Source: a virus
Lineage: Duplodnaviria > Caudoviricetes
Virus record (IMG/VR): IMGVR_UViG_3300030098_003320
Span: 1 to 59,795 of that record
Strand: one strand, 5' to 3'
Length of the DNA stretch: 59,795 nt
Shown here one piece after another: positions 16,816 through 26,865 of the stretch. How positions within the stretch are numbered: position 1 is the stretch's first letter; each line of letters begins with the position of its first letter. Below the pieces are notes generated by a model. It was not told the origin of the DNA, searched no databases, and worked only from the letters and a program-made list of their open reading frames with translations. The position numbers were made by a program, and so were the translations under genes.

Positions 16816-17093
16816 TGTCTAGCCCTGTCTCTAAGTCAAGCTCGCTGCCCGCTATATCTGTAGGATTTGCAATCAGCATATTGGTTGCAACCTGGGTTGC
16901 GGGTGCCAGATTCGAGGGCATGGAACGGGCCGACGCACAAGCTGTCGTCCTGATTCAAGACGTAGCAGACCGCCAAAGAAAATACATTGGAACTGCTGGC
17001 CTACTTACCGAACAAATCTCTGAGTTACAAAAAGCAGTTGTAGAACTCGAACGCGAAGTTGCGTTACTTAAGGCACGAATGGACATGAACTAA
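16815..17093 (+). CDS. Membrane/coiled-coil protein (homolog of 36426-36725)
   Basis: SKSSSLPAISVGFAI.ILVATWVAGARF nearly identical in both. Confidence 0.7.
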   Translation: MSSPVSKSSSLPAISVGFAISILVATWVAGARFEGMERADAQAVVLIQDVADRQRKYIGTAGLLTEQISELQKAVVELEREVALLKARMDMN

Positions 17094-17111
17094 AGGAGAC
17101 AAAACGCCAAC

Positions 17112-17318
17112 ATGATTGTGTGTCCAAGGTGTGCTATAAGTAATCCTGTAACTGAAGAGTTTTGTATTTATTGTAAGTGGGAGTTTATGTCAGGTTGGAC
17201 GCTATGCGAGGTATGCAACCAAACGCTTAAAGACGGTAAGAATTGCGACCAGTGCTCGCCCGATGATGCGTGGACAAGCAACAACTTGGATGACTGGTAT
17301 CAAGACAGGGAAGAATAA
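17112..17318 (+). CDS. Double zinc-ribbon protein
   Basis: Four CxxC pairs; RBS AAGGAG. Confidence 0.6.
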   Translation: MIVCPRCAISNPVTEEFCIYCKWEFMSGWTLCEVCNQTLKDGKNCDQCSPDDAWTSNNLDDWYQDREE

Positions 17319-17320
17319 CA

Positions 17321-18706
17321 ATGGACTTTGCTGCTTCGATTACAAGATTTCGTAAAGATCCGACGTTGTTTGTAACGAACATCCTGAACGCCGATCCTGA
17401 TGAATGGCAGTCCGAGGTTATGGCCGCAGTCGCCAGAGGAGATCGTGGTATCTCGATTCGCTCAGGACACGGCGTTGGAAAAACGAGTTGCTTGTCGTGG
17501 CTCGCTTTGTGGTGGATCAGTTGTCATTACCACGCAAAGGTAGTTATCACAGCACCTACGTCCGCTCAGTTGCACGATGCGCTTTTGCCTGAAGCCAAAG
17601 CGTGGCTAAAACAGTCACCTGACGGTTTTGCGGATATGTTTACCGTGCGAGCAGACAGGATAGAACTTGCGGCTGATCCCGAGCGAAATTTTATATCAGC
17701 TAGAACATCCAGAGCTGAACAGCCCGACGCACTCCAGGGTGTACACGCTGAACACGTTTTGCTGATTTGTGATGAGGCTAGTGGTGTGCCTGAATCGGTA
17801 TACGAAGCTGCTGGTGGTAGCATGAGTGCGCTACACGCATCAATGGTACTGGCTGGAAACCCCGTAAGAAGTTCTGGCTACTTTTACGATACGTTTCACA
17901 AACTGTCAGATCGCTGGACAAACTTTCATGTGTCTTGCGAAAAAACTGCCAGAGTTTCTAATGAATACATCGAAGAGTGCAGACTTCGATACGGTGAAGA
18001 ATCCAACACCTATCGTGTCCGTGTATTAGGGGACTTTCCTAAGGGAGATGATGACACTGTTATCAGCATGGAACTGACTGATGGTGCAATCAATCGAGAC
18101 GTTATACCGACTCAATATAGTTCAATCGTGTGGGGCGTAGACGTAGCACGATTTGGTACTGACGCATCTGCCCTATGCCGTCGCAAAGGAAACGCTGTCA
18201 CGGAACCCGTCAGGCTTTGGCGTGGACTTGATACAATGCAACTGACAGGTGCAATCAAAGCTGAGTATGATACGGCAACAGAAAAGCCAGAAGAAATCTT
18301 TGTTGATGCGATTGGACTAGGTGCTGGTGTCGCGGATCGGCTAAGGGAACTTGGATTGCCCGCCTATGCAATCAATGTTAGTGAAAGCCCTGCGATGGGA
18401 GATACCTACCTGAACCTGCGGGCCGAGCTTTGGTACAAAGCAAAAGCGTGGCTTGAGGGACGCGACGTTCGCTTGCCACGCGACGACAGATTAAAATCTG
18501 AGTTGACTACTTTGCGGTACAACTATACGTCTAGTGGTAAAGTTAAAATCGAATCAAAAGCAGACTTAAAGAAACGAGGTGTCGCCAGCCCTGATGCTGC
18601 TGACGCTTTTGTATTAACATTTGCTTCTGATGCTGGGACGGCGATGGGTGGCCGATCACGCAGAAGGCATGGTAAACTAAAAAGAGATTTAGCAGGAATT
18701 GTCTAG
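17321..18706 (+). CDS. terL: Terminase large subunit (A)
   Basis: SGHGVGKT Walker A, LICDEA Walker B, GNP, GVDVARFG.D and SPDAADA. Confidence 0.95.
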   Translation: MDFAASITRFRKDPTLFVTNILNADPDEWQSEVMAAVARGDRGISIRSGHGVGKTSCLSWLALWWISCHYHAKVVITAPTSAQLHDALLPEAKAWLKQSPDGFADMFTVRADRIELAADPERNFISARTSRAEQPDALQGVHAEHVLLICDEASGVPESVYEAAGGSMSALHASMVLAGNPVRSSGYFYDTFHKLSDRWTNFHVSCEKTARVSNEYIEECRLRYGEESNTYRVRVLGDFPKGDDDTVISMELTDGAINRDVIPTQYSSIVWGVDVARFGTDASALCRRKGNAVTEPVRLWRGLDTMQLTGAIKAEYDTATEKPEEIFVDAIGLGAGVADRLRELGLPAYAINVSESPAMGDTYLNLRAELWYKAKAWLEGRDVRLPRDDRLKSELTTLRYNYTSSGKVKIESKADLKKRGVASPDAADAFVLTFASDAGTAMGGRSRRRHGKLKRDLAGIV

Positions 18707-18785
18707 GGGGTTCGGCTTTTATTGGCGTGATGGCCTGACTTAAATAAACAATATGTCTCCTGTAACCAGGTGTTGCCCCTAGGCA
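18700..18785 (+). ncRNA. Candidate three-way-junction RNA, copy 1
   Basis: P1 TGTCTAGGGG/CCCCTAGGCA; P2 GT..AC; TTAAA; P3 CCTG/CAGG. Confidence 0.55.
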
Positions 18786-18853
18786 TCTTCTGTTGAACAT
18801 TTTATTGCATCGAAGTACGTTCGGAGGGTTCACCCTCAAAAGAGTGGCATGAT

Positions 18854-20914
18854 TTGGCATACATAGACGAAGCTGAAACCGAAGTTGGTTTGGGCATGAC
18901 CGAAGACGAGTTGCAGGTCGCAGTTCGTCAATATATCGAAGATGCTATTCAGTTTATCGACGATGACATTAGCCCGATCAGGGCCGAGTCTACTCGTTAT
19001 TACAATGGTGAACCTTTTGGTAACGAGGTGGATGGTCGTAGTCAGGTCGTAAGCCGCGATGTCCGCGACAGCGTACAGGCGATGCTTCCGTCGCTAATGC
19101 GTGTGTTTTTTGGCGCAGAAAACATAGTTGACTTTGTGCCGCGTGGACCTGAAGACGTAGCTATGTCCGAACAGGCAACAGATTACGTCAACTACATACT
19201 TCGTGAAGACAATGACGCTATAGGAATATTTTATAGCGTTTTTAAAGATGCGCTTATTAACAAAGGCGGCATCGTTAAGTGGTCGTGGGATGATTCGGTT
19301 GAGGTACATACATACAGCTTTCAGGGGTTAGACGAACCTACCCTTGGGCTTCTCTTGGAAGAGGATGGAGTTGAGGCTGTTTCTGTTGAGGGAGTACCAA
19401 ACCCTAACGTACCACCTGAGCAAGTTCAGATGATGATTGCTCAGGGAATGGAACCGCCCATGATCTACGATGCTGAGATCAAGCGTCAGCGTAGGCGGGA
19501 CAAGGTGCGTGTTGAAACAATGCCACCAGAAAACTTTTTTGTAGATGCTGCTGCGACCAGCCTTGATGACGCACAGGTCGTTGGATCCAGAACGATGGCA
19601 ACCGTCAGCGATCTGGTAGCAATGGGTTATGACAAGGATATGCTCGACAACTACTTGTCTGACGAAGTGGCATTTACAGATAACGATGAATATTGGGCGC
19701 GATATCCAGACAGAAGCGCACCAGGTCCGTTATCAACCTACAATCAACGCAGGGTCTTGTACGTTGAGGCTTATTGCTACGTTGACTACGATGGTGATGG
19801 TTTAGCTGAACTACGCCGTGTGTGTACAGTTGGAAGCAACTACCATGTTGTAAACAACGAGCCTATTAGCAGCATACCGTTTGCAGTCTTTTCATGCGAT
19901 CCAGAGCCTCATGTGTTTTTTGGTTCTGATGTCGCAGATATGACTAAAGACATACAGCGAGTTAAGTCGGCAGTCCTTCGCGGTATGCTCGACTCTTTGT
20001 CTTTTGCGCTATATCCCCGAACAGGAATTGTTGAAGGTCAGGTAGACATTGACGATGTGCTAAATCCTGAAGTCGGGTCAATTATCAGGATGCGGGCACC
20101 AGGCATGGTTCAGCAGTTAAATGTGCCGTTCCTTGGCCGCGAAGCATTTCCAATGATGGAATATCTTGACGGAATGAAAGCGTCAAGAACTGGCGTATCG
20201 GGTGCGTCCCAAGGATTAGATCCTGACGTACTTCAGTCTACGACCCGTGCCGCCGTAAGCGCGACAATGAGGGGTGCAGAACAGCGACTAGAAATGATTG
20301 CTCGCTTGTTTGCAGAAACAGGTTTCAAGCCTTTGTTCAAAGGGTTGCTTCGTTTAATTATTGAAAACCAAGACCAAGAACGAATGGTAAGGTTGCGTAA
20401 CCAGTGGACACCTATAGACCCAAGAGTTTGGGATGCTACGATGGATGTGTCTACAAATGTTGGACTTGGTTCTGGAATGACTGACGAACGGCTTGCGACA
20501 CTTGCTCAAGTTGCCGCTAAACAACAAGAAATTATGCAGCAAATGGGACCAAACAATCCTCTTGTTGGCCTGGGCCAGATTAGAAACACGTTGGCAAAGA
20601 TGCTGGAGATTAACGGCTTTAAGGACTCAAACCAGTTCTTTAATCCGCTACCTATTGATTATCAGCCGCCTCCACCCCCGCCACCGCAACCTACGCCTCA
20701 AGAACAGCTAATGCAGGTGCAGATGGCTGACATCCAGGCGCGGACTGCTATCGACCAGCAAAAATTGCAGCTTGACGCGACGAAAGCAGAAATGCTTAAC
20801 GAGCGTGAAACAACGAGAATCGCTGGCGACTTAGCATTGCGAGAAAAGAAATTTGAAGACGATGTTGACCTTGAGATTGTTCGTGGCGCGATAAAGGAAG
20901 AAACAGGTGGATAA
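18854..20914 (+). CDS. Portal protein (A), TTG start
   Basis: After TerL; GRSQVVSRDVRD..LMRVF and DYDGDG.AELRRV; strongly similar to 53038-55101. Confidence 0.9.
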   Translation: MAYIDEAETEVGLGMTEDELQVAVRQYIEDAIQFIDDDISPIRAESTRYYNGEPFGNEVDGRSQVVSRDVRDSVQAMLPSLMRVFFGAENIVDFVPRGPEDVAMSEQATDYVNYILREDNDAIGIFYSVFKDALINKGGIVKWSWDDSVEVHTYSFQGLDEPTLGLLLEEDGVEAVSVEGVPNPNVPPEQVQMMIAQGMEPPMIYDAEIKRQRRRDKVRVETMPPENFFVDAAATSLDDAQVVGSRTMATVSDLVAMGYDKDMLDNYLSDEVAFTDNDEYWARYPDRSAPGPLSTYNQRRVLYVEAYCYVDYDGDGLAELRRVCTVGSNYHVVNNEPISSIPFAVFSCDPEPHVFFGSDVADMTKDIQRVKSAVLRGMLDSLSFALYPRTGIVEGQVDIDDVLNPEVGSIIRMRAPGMVQQLNVPFLGREAFPMMEYLDGMKASRTGVSGASQGLDPDVLQSTTRAAVSATMRGAEQRLEMIARLFAETGFKPLFKGLLRLIIENQDQERMVRLRNQWTPIDPRVWDATMDVSTNVGLGSGMTDERLATLAQVAAKQQEIMQQMGPNNPLVGLGQIRNTLAKMLEINGFKDSNQFFNPLPIDYQPPPPPPPQPTPQEQLMQVQMADIQARTAIDQQKLQLDATKAEMLNERETTRIAGDLALREKKFEDDVDLEIVRGAIKEETGG

Positions 20915-21176
20915 TCTGTCGCCAGAACAGAAAGGACGAAGGGCAAAAGAAATCCTTGAAGATGAAGTGTTTCTTGACGTTCTTGAAAAAGTTAGACAAA
21001 ACATTATTGCACAATGGACACTTACAGACGTAAATGATGTAGGTGTTCGAGAAAGTTTATATATGCAAGGCAGGGGCCTTGATGAGATTGTGCGAGGACT
21101 CCGCACCTTAGTAGGTGATTGGGCTGTGGAGCAGTCTCGCAAAGTTTCAAAATCCAATAGAGGAAGAAAATCGTGA
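20907..21176 (+). CDS. Conserved small head-module protein
   Basis: Homolog of 55278-55550. Confidence 0.7.
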   Translation: MDNLSPEQKGRRAKEILEDEVFLDVLEKVRQNIIAQWTLTDVNDVGVRESLYMQGRGLDEIVRGLRTLVGDWAVEQSRKVSKSNRGRKS

Positions 21177-22216
21177 GCGAAGCTACAGTCACCAACCCAG
21201 CAGGGACGGAAGTCTCTCAAGGGAGTGAGCGCAGACGCACGAATAGTGAAATCCAAGCAGGATTAGCTGAAATGCTTCGGGCTGATTATGTGCAGCCTGA
21301 AGAGCAAGCGCAGGACGAGTTTCAGCAAGTCGTCGAAGAACACGATGACACTGAACTCGAAGACGGCTACGAAGAAGAGGCCGTCGAGTCTGAGTTTTAT
21401 GAGGACTCAGATGAAGTGGATGAGATGGACGAGGAGACTGAAGGTGAACAATCCGAAAGCGAGAGTGCATCCTACCGTGTCATAGTAGACGGCAAAGAGA
21501 TGCAAGTCCCGCTTGACGAACTCATATCAGGCTACCAGCGGGGATCGTCATTCACACAGAAGAGTCAAGCATTAGCAGATGAACGCAGAGAGTTTGAGGC
21601 TAATGCTATGGCTGTTCAGCAGGAGCGTGAGTCGTACGCGACCGTGCTCCAGCAACTTCGACAGCAAATGGATGCTGCAACGCAACCGAACGTTGATTGG
21701 GACCGCTTGGAAAGGGAGAACCCCGTTCAATGGCTAAAGCTCAAAGAACTTGAGCGAGATCGGCAAGCACACATCCAGGCAGTACATGAAGAACAAGTTC
21801 GTATGCAACAACTTTTAGAGCAGGACAACGCTACAAGATTGCAATCACAACTTGAATCTGAACGTGCTTTGGTGTTGGAGAAAATCCCTGAGTGGTCCGA
21901 TAGTGAGGTTCAAAACCATGAACAAAGGCAGTTGATAAACTTTGGTTTATCTCTTGGTTTTAATGAAGATGAACTAAGTAACATCTACGATCACAGAGCA
22001 TTGATAGCTTTGCGTGATGCGTGGAGATACAACGAGCTTGTGAATGGCAAGAAAATCAAATCGGTCAAATCGAAAATCAAAAACGCAAAACCTGGCGGCA
22101 AACAAGTGAGCCGACAGATGCGTAGTCGTAAGGCAAAAGCCCAAAGAGCAAGGCTGAAGCAAACTGGAAAGGTTGAAGATGCTGCGTCTTTGTTGGGTGC
22201 AATACTTACGCAATAA
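21173..22216 (+). CDS. Scaffolding protein (A)
   Basis: Acidic N-terminus, VDG.E..V.LDELI.GY, coiled coil; precedes capsid. Confidence 0.85.
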   Translation: MSEATVTNPAGTEVSQGSERRRTNSEIQAGLAEMLRADYVQPEEQAQDEFQQVVEEHDDTELEDGYEEEAVESEFYEDSDEVDEMDEETEGEQSESESASYRVIVDGKEMQVPLDELISGYQRGSSFTQKSQALADERREFEANAMAVQQERESYATVLQQLRQQMDAATQPNVDWDRLERENPVQWLKLKELERDRQAHIQAVHEEQVRMQQLLEQDNATRLQSQLESERALVLEKIPEWSDSEVQNHEQRQLINFGLSLGFNEDELSNIYDHRALIALRDAWRYNELVNGKKIKSVKSKIKNAKPGGKQVSRQMRSRKAKAQRARLKQTGKVEDAASLLGAILTQ

Positions 22217-22234
22217 CTTTAGGAAACTTTTACT

Positions 22235-23242
22235 ATGGCAGTCGTAACGAACACCTTTTTGACGTATGACGCAAAAGGGTTACGGGAGGACTTGTCGGAT
22301 CTGATTTCCGATATCAGTCCTACGCAGACTCCGTTCCAGAGCAACATTGGGACGCGAGATGCAGAAGCAACATATTTTGAGTGGCAGACAGATGCACTTG
22401 CCGCCGCTTCAGCAACACCCGTTGTTGAAGGTGAAGATCTGAGCAGCTTTACCGCAGTTACCCCGACCGCTCGCATGGGGAACTACTGCCAGATCAACAT
22501 GGTCGATTTCATCATTTCAGGAACGGAGCAGACCGTCCTGAAGGCTGGTCGGGCATCTGAAGTTGGTTATCAAGCAGCTAAAGCAGCTAAGGAACTAAAG
22601 CGTAATGTTGAGGTTGCTTGCTTGCTAAACGGTGTTGGTGCCGTTGCTGGTGCCACGGGAACCGCTCGCGTAACTGCTGGGTTCCCTGGCTGGATTAAAA
22701 CCAACGAAACTTCTACCAACGTAACCAAGCCTTCCTACACGGGTTCAACCCCAACAGGTGCGGCTCAGGTGTGGAAGTCTTTCGGTACGCCTACTGCGTT
22801 TACCGAAGCTATGCTTAAGACCACGATGCAGGAGTGCTTTAACAGCGGTGGTGAGCCGTCGATGCTGATGGTTTCTCCGTTTAACAAGACACAGGTAAGT
22901 GGTTTCAGCGGGATTGCCTCTAGCCGCTACAACGTAGACGGTGCAGAGCCTTCCGTGATTATCGGAGCAGCTGACATTTATGTTAGCGACTTTGGTAATT
23001 TAAGCGTTGTTCCAAATCGGTTCTTTACCACGGTAGAGGATGAGGGTGCTGGTTCGCTGCACAACGATTGGGCGTTGTTGATTGACCCTGATGAGGTCAA
23101 GCTGGCTACGCTTCGTCCGTACAGCATTGAGGCTCTCGCCAAGACGGGAGATGCTGATAAGCGTATGGCGTTAATCGAGTGGGGGCTTCAGGTCAGCAAC
23201 GAAGCTGCTCACGGTGTTGTTGCTGGTATTACCGCAGCATAA
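22235..23242 (+). CDS. Major capsid protein, SU10/DUF5309-like (A)
   Basis: REDLSD.I..ISPT.TPF, EWQTD.L, N.CQI, Y.SDFG, LAKTGD. Confidence 0.9.
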   Translation: MAVVTNTFLTYDAKGLREDLSDLISDISPTQTPFQSNIGTRDAEATYFEWQTDALAAASATPVVEGEDLSSFTAVTPTARMGNYCQINMVDFIISGTEQTVLKAGRASEVGYQAAKAAKELKRNVEVACLLNGVGAVAGATGTARVTAGFPGWIKTNETSTNVTKPSYTGSTPTGAAQVWKSFGTPTAFTEAMLKTTMQECFNSGGEPSMLMVSPFNKTQVSGFSGIASSRYNVDGAEPSVIIGAADIYVSDFGNLSVVPNRFFTTVEDEGAGSLHNDWALLIDPDEVKLATLRPYSIEALAKTGDADKRMALIEWGLQVSNEAAHGVVAGITAA

Positions 23243-23260
23243 ACCAATTAAAAACCTGGA

Positions 23261-23286
23261 GGGGTGGGGGCTTCGGCCCTCGCCCC
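23261..23286 (+). terminator. Strong hairpin after capsid gene (no U-tract)
   Basis: GGGGTGGGGGC TTCG GCCCTCGCCCC; equivalent hairpin at ~57578-57607. Confidence 0.45.
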
Positions 23287-23301
23287 GATAGGCGGGAACC
23301 A

Positions 23302-23616
23302 ATGAAAAAAATACTTGATTACGACCCGATAACTAAAACGACTCAATGGTTTCATTATGACGAGTCTACAAACCAGTATGGTTTAGAGACTAAGCAGGAT
23401 GTTACCCATATTGTTCAAGCGAACAAACGTCAGTTTAATCAAGTAGATGAACGTGCAAGTTGGAAAGGCGACCAGCACCATGTCGCTTCAATACCAATGA
23501 GTGTTTATCACCAATTAGCAAAAATTTCTAACAATTTTAAGGATCAAAAAGTAATCAAGAAGTGGCTGAACGATCCTGACAACAAGGTGTTTAGAACACG
23601 ACCTGGGAAAGTCTGA
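23302..23616 (+). CDS. Conserved virion-module protein
   Basis: Homolog of 57626-57940, which sets the start. Confidence 0.75.
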   Translation: MKKILDYDPITKTTQWFHYDESTNQYGLETKQDVTHIVQANKRQFNQVDERASWKGDQHHVASIPMSVYHQLAKISNNFKDQKVIKKWLNDPDNKVFRTRPGKV

Positions 23617-24248
23617 TGGCAATTTCGACATATGCAGAGTTGCAGACCGCAACGGCAAATTGGCTAGACAGAACAGACCTTTCGTCACGAATCCCTGAGT
23701 TTATTGACCTAGCGGAAGCGACATTTAACAGAACGATCCGCAACCACAGAATGATTACGAAAAATGATTCGTATTCATTAGGTGCTCGTTACGTCAACTT
23801 GCCTACTGACACGCTTGAGATCATTAGGATTGTATTAGATACAAGCCCTGTCATTACGCTAGAATACTTAACGCCAGAAGAAATAGCAGAACGGCGTATG
23901 GGCCTGTCTAGTACAGGCAAGCCAATATACTTCACGGTTGTCGGTGGTAGCACAAATCAGATAGAGCTTCTGCGTTCACCAGACGAAACGTACACATCGT
24001 CGATTGTCTATTACACCAAAATCCCTGCACTTAGCGATTCTGCTACAACGAATTGGCTGCTAACTAACCATCCAGATATATACTTGTTTGGCACATTGGT
24101 AGAGGCAGAGCCATATTTAAAAAACGATGAGCGTATGCCTATGTGGAGTGCTAGGTTGAGTAAGGCGTTAGAAGAATTGAAACTTCAAAGTGAAAGAGAG
24201 ATGCACACAGGGTCGTCTTTACGGATGCGATCAAGGGTACTTGGATAA
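23616..24248 (+). CDS. Head-tail adaptor / tail tubular A-like protein (A)
   Basis: TY.EL....ANWL.R.DL...IPEFI.LAE and NWLL..HPDIYL; position. Confidence 0.75.
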   Translation: MAISTYAELQTATANWLDRTDLSSRIPEFIDLAEATFNRTIRNHRMITKNDSYSLGARYVNLPTDTLEIIRIVLDTSPVITLEYLTPEEIAERRMGLSSTGKPIYFTVVGGSTNQIELLRSPDETYTSSIVYYTKIPALSDSATTNWLLTNHPDIYLFGTLVEAEPYLKNDERMPMWSARLSKALEELKLQSEREMHTGSSLRMRSRVLG

Positions 24249-24251
24249 CAC

Positions 24252-26414
24252 ATGGCGACTAGAACCACAAACCTAAATCTCTATAAGCCCGTTGTTGGCG
24301 GCGATACCGACAACTGGGGTGGATTTCTTAACAACAATGCTGCGTACATTGACGCATTGTTTACTAAGAGCGGTGCCGCTGTAACGCTTCATGTAAAGAA
24401 TCAACAGATAGATGGAACGTCGAGTTATCTGTTTGATTCTGTAAAATTTGATGACAATAGAAAAGCTTTGTTTGGCACGGGGCTAGATCTAGAAATATAT
24501 CACGATGGTTCTAACTCTTTTGTTGGAGATGTTGGAACGGGTGATTTGTATGTTTTTGGTCAAAACAACATTTACCTTGCAAACAATGCTAGTGGCTCAG
24601 AAAATTATTTAACAGCAACCAAGGATGGTGCTGTTAGCCTGTTTTACGATAATGCGGCAAAACTGGCTACTGCTTCTGGCGGTGTAAATATTACTGGTTC
24701 GCTAAACATTCTTGCTGAAGGCGATCTAAGGCTCCAAGATGCGTCAGGAGGCGAGTATGTTGGCTTCGACGCTCCAGCTACAGTTAGTGGCTCTTACACG
24801 CTTACGTTGCCAGCAGCGGTCGGCTCGTCAGGCCAGATCCTGCGGACTTCCGATGGTTCTGGAACGCTAGAATGGGTTACGGACCAGGAAGGCGATCTCA
24901 AATCTGTAGCAGATGCGACAAACGGTGGACTAACCGTTACGAACGGTACGGGTCCAGATGTAACGCTGGCTTTGAACTTCAACGATTTATCTGCTGCTGC
25001 CGTAAGCGTAGCCAACGACTCGATTGCAATTATTGATGCTTCCGACTCGAATGGTACACGCAAAGAATCTATAGCAGATTTAGCAACAGGCATGGGCGGT
25101 ACGGGCCTGACGGGTTCTTCGGGCACCCTCAACGTAGATGCAGCTCAAACGCAGATAACTTCGGTCGGTGCCTTAAACGCTGGCTCAATTACGTCTGGCT
25201 TTGGGGCCATCGATGTAGGATCAAGTGCAATTTCTGGAGGAGCAGGAACACTCAGCTCACTAAGCGTTGGTGATGGAAACATTACTAACGTCGGGGACAT
25301 AGCACTCGACAGCATTTCTAGCGATGGTAGTGCAATCGCTATTGGCGGTACAGGAGATACGGTTACTTGCAACGGTGCATGGATCTTTAACGAATCGTCT
25401 GCTGACGTTGACTTCCGCATTGAAGGCAACGGAGAGGCGAACCTTTTCTTTGTAGATGCAGGAAACGACCGCATTGGCATTAACACAAATGCTCCCACGG
25501 CCAAGCTACATCTTCTTCAGTCTGCGGCTGATTTTGATAGCGGTATTAAATTAGTAGGAAGCGACAGTGTTGTTTCAGGCCGCATATGGATGGGCGGTAG
25601 TCATCTTCATGTAGATAATGCAACAGCGGGAACTGGAACGGGTTTAACACTAGAGGATGGCGGCAACGTTGGTGTCGGCGTAGACGCTCCTCATGCCAAG
25701 CTTACCGTCAAAGACGCGACTAACATTTCAATGGACTCTAGTGGTAGTGGACAGCTTGCTGTCACTGGAAACGGTTACACGGGTGCCATTGCGTTAGACA
25801 GCGGGTACATGAACATCTACCACAATTCTTCATCTGCGGGTATAGCGTTTGGTACGAACGAAACCGCCAGAATGTACATTGACAGTGGTGGAATTGTCAC
25901 AATCGGAAGAACATCAGGAGCAGCTTTTACTGATGCAGGTCATCAGTTTTACCAAGGCGGTTTTTACTACAACGCAACCGCAGGAGGTGAAGTTGTACGT
26001 TGGTATAATGCCGACAATGGAAACGATGTAGGAAGTATTGACACCACTTCCTCTAGCACTGCCTACAACACTTCGTCTGATCGCCGTCTGAAAGAAAACA
26101 TTGAAGCGGCTGATTCTTCTGGCTCATTAATTGATGACATCGAAATCGTTAAACACGATTGGATTCCTTCAATTTCTTCAGGTGATCATGTTCGCTACGG
26201 TGTAGTCGCTCAAGATCTTTTTGAAGTGTTTCCCGAAGCAGTGTCACGGGGCACAGATGGCGACCTTGTAGACGACGATGTGTCAGATAGCGAAATACCA
26301 ACTAAGCAAGTTTGGGGCGTTGACTACTCAAAACTAGTACCGTTGCTCGTAAAAGAAGTGCAGGATTTAAGGACTCGCGTGTTAGAGCTGGAGTCTGGGG
26401 ATGACGGGGCTTGA
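24252..26414 (+). CDS. Tail fibre with C-terminal peptidase S74 chaperone (possibly an A/B chimera at 25128)
   Basis: G/S/T-rich; SDRRLKENI...GVVAQDL...VDYSKLVPLL. Confidence 0.85.
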   Translation: MATRTTNLNLYKPVVGGDTDNWGGFLNNNAAYIDALFTKSGAAVTLHVKNQQIDGTSSYLFDSVKFDDNRKALFGTGLDLEIYHDGSNSFVGDVGTGDLYVFGQNNIYLANNASGSENYLTATKDGAVSLFYDNAAKLATASGGVNITGSLNILAEGDLRLQDASGGEYVGFDAPATVSGSYTLTLPAAVGSSGQILRTSDGSGTLEWVTDQEGDLKSVADATNGGLTVTNGTGPDVTLALNFNDLSAAAVSVANDSIAIIDASDSNGTRKESIADLATGMGGTGLTGSSGTLNVDAAQTQITSVGALNAGSITSGFGAIDVGSSAISGGAGTLSSLSVGDGNITNVGDIALDSISSDGSAIAIGGTGDTVTCNGAWIFNESSADVDFRIEGNGEANLFFVDAGNDRIGINTNAPTAKLHLLQSAADFDSGIKLVGSDSVVSGRIWMGGSHLHVDNATAGTGTGLTLEDGGNVGVGVDAPHAKLTVKDATNISMDSSGSGQLAVTGNGYTGAIALDSGYMNIYHNSSSAGIAFGTNETARMYIDSGGIVTIGRTSGAAFTDAGHQFYQGGFYYNATAGGEVVRWYNADNGNDVGSIDTTSSSTAYNTSSDRRLKENIEAADSSGSLIDDIEIVKHDWIPSISSGDHVRYGVVAQDLFEVFPEAVSRGTDGDLVDDDVSDSEIPTKQVWGVDYSKLVPLLVKEVQDLRTRVLELESGDDGA
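25128..25204. repeat. 77-bp sequence identical to the window end (59719-59795)
   Basis: Exact match; preceding base differs (C vs T). Confidence 0.95.
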
Positions 26415-26619
26415 GGAAATGCTTTCGTACTTTCCCGCTTTGTTAGCAGCAGGAGCAGCTTACGGCGGGGTACGAGCGGGACTCAACGGGGCCAGGCAAT
26501 CAATCGCACAGATAGAAAGAATCGTTACCAGTTTGGATAACAAAGTTGACGATCACGGTGAGAGAATTACTGTATTAGAGGTAGAAACTCGTAATTTAAA
26601 AGAGGACAAAAAAGCATGA
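26401..26619 (+). CDS. Small membrane/coiled-coil protein
   Basis: N-terminal hydrophobic segment, then coiled coil. Confidence 0.55.
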   Translation: MTGLEEMLSYFPALLAAGAAYGGVRAGLNGARQSIAQIERIVTSLDNKVDDHGERITVLEVETRNLKEDKKA

Positions 26620-26861
26620 GCGCCACTAAAGAAGCAGAAATGTTAATTCAGCCTAAAGACAAGATCGAGCTGACAGAAGAACAGGCACAAATCTGGCGAC
26701 AGGTTTTTGCTGAACGAAAGCAAATCCAAGAACACGCCCAGGCGTTAGATCAAAAGATTCACACGATGATGGCTGCTGCGGGATGGGCAGGACAAAACAT
26801 TGTCGAGGGTGACTTAGGTGAAGAACCGTATTTTGTGCTAGAGCGTGTACCTGACGAGTGA
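26616..26861 (+). CDS. Hypothetical protein
   Basis: ATGA coupling. Confidence 0.55.
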   Translation: MSATKEAEMLIQPKDKIELTEEQAQIWRQVFAERKQIQEHAQALDQKIHTMMAAAGWAGQNIVEGDLGEEPYFVLERVPDE

Positions 26862-26865
26862 GTAG

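Larger units (their letters stand above)
1..25127. mobile_element. Partial genome of podovirus-like phage 'A' (end of ejection gene to N-terminal tail fibre)
   Basis: Lysis, replication, TerL, portal, capsid and tail genes; most have a diverged homolog ~34 kb downstream; boundary inferred from the 77-bp repeat. Confidence 0.75.
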
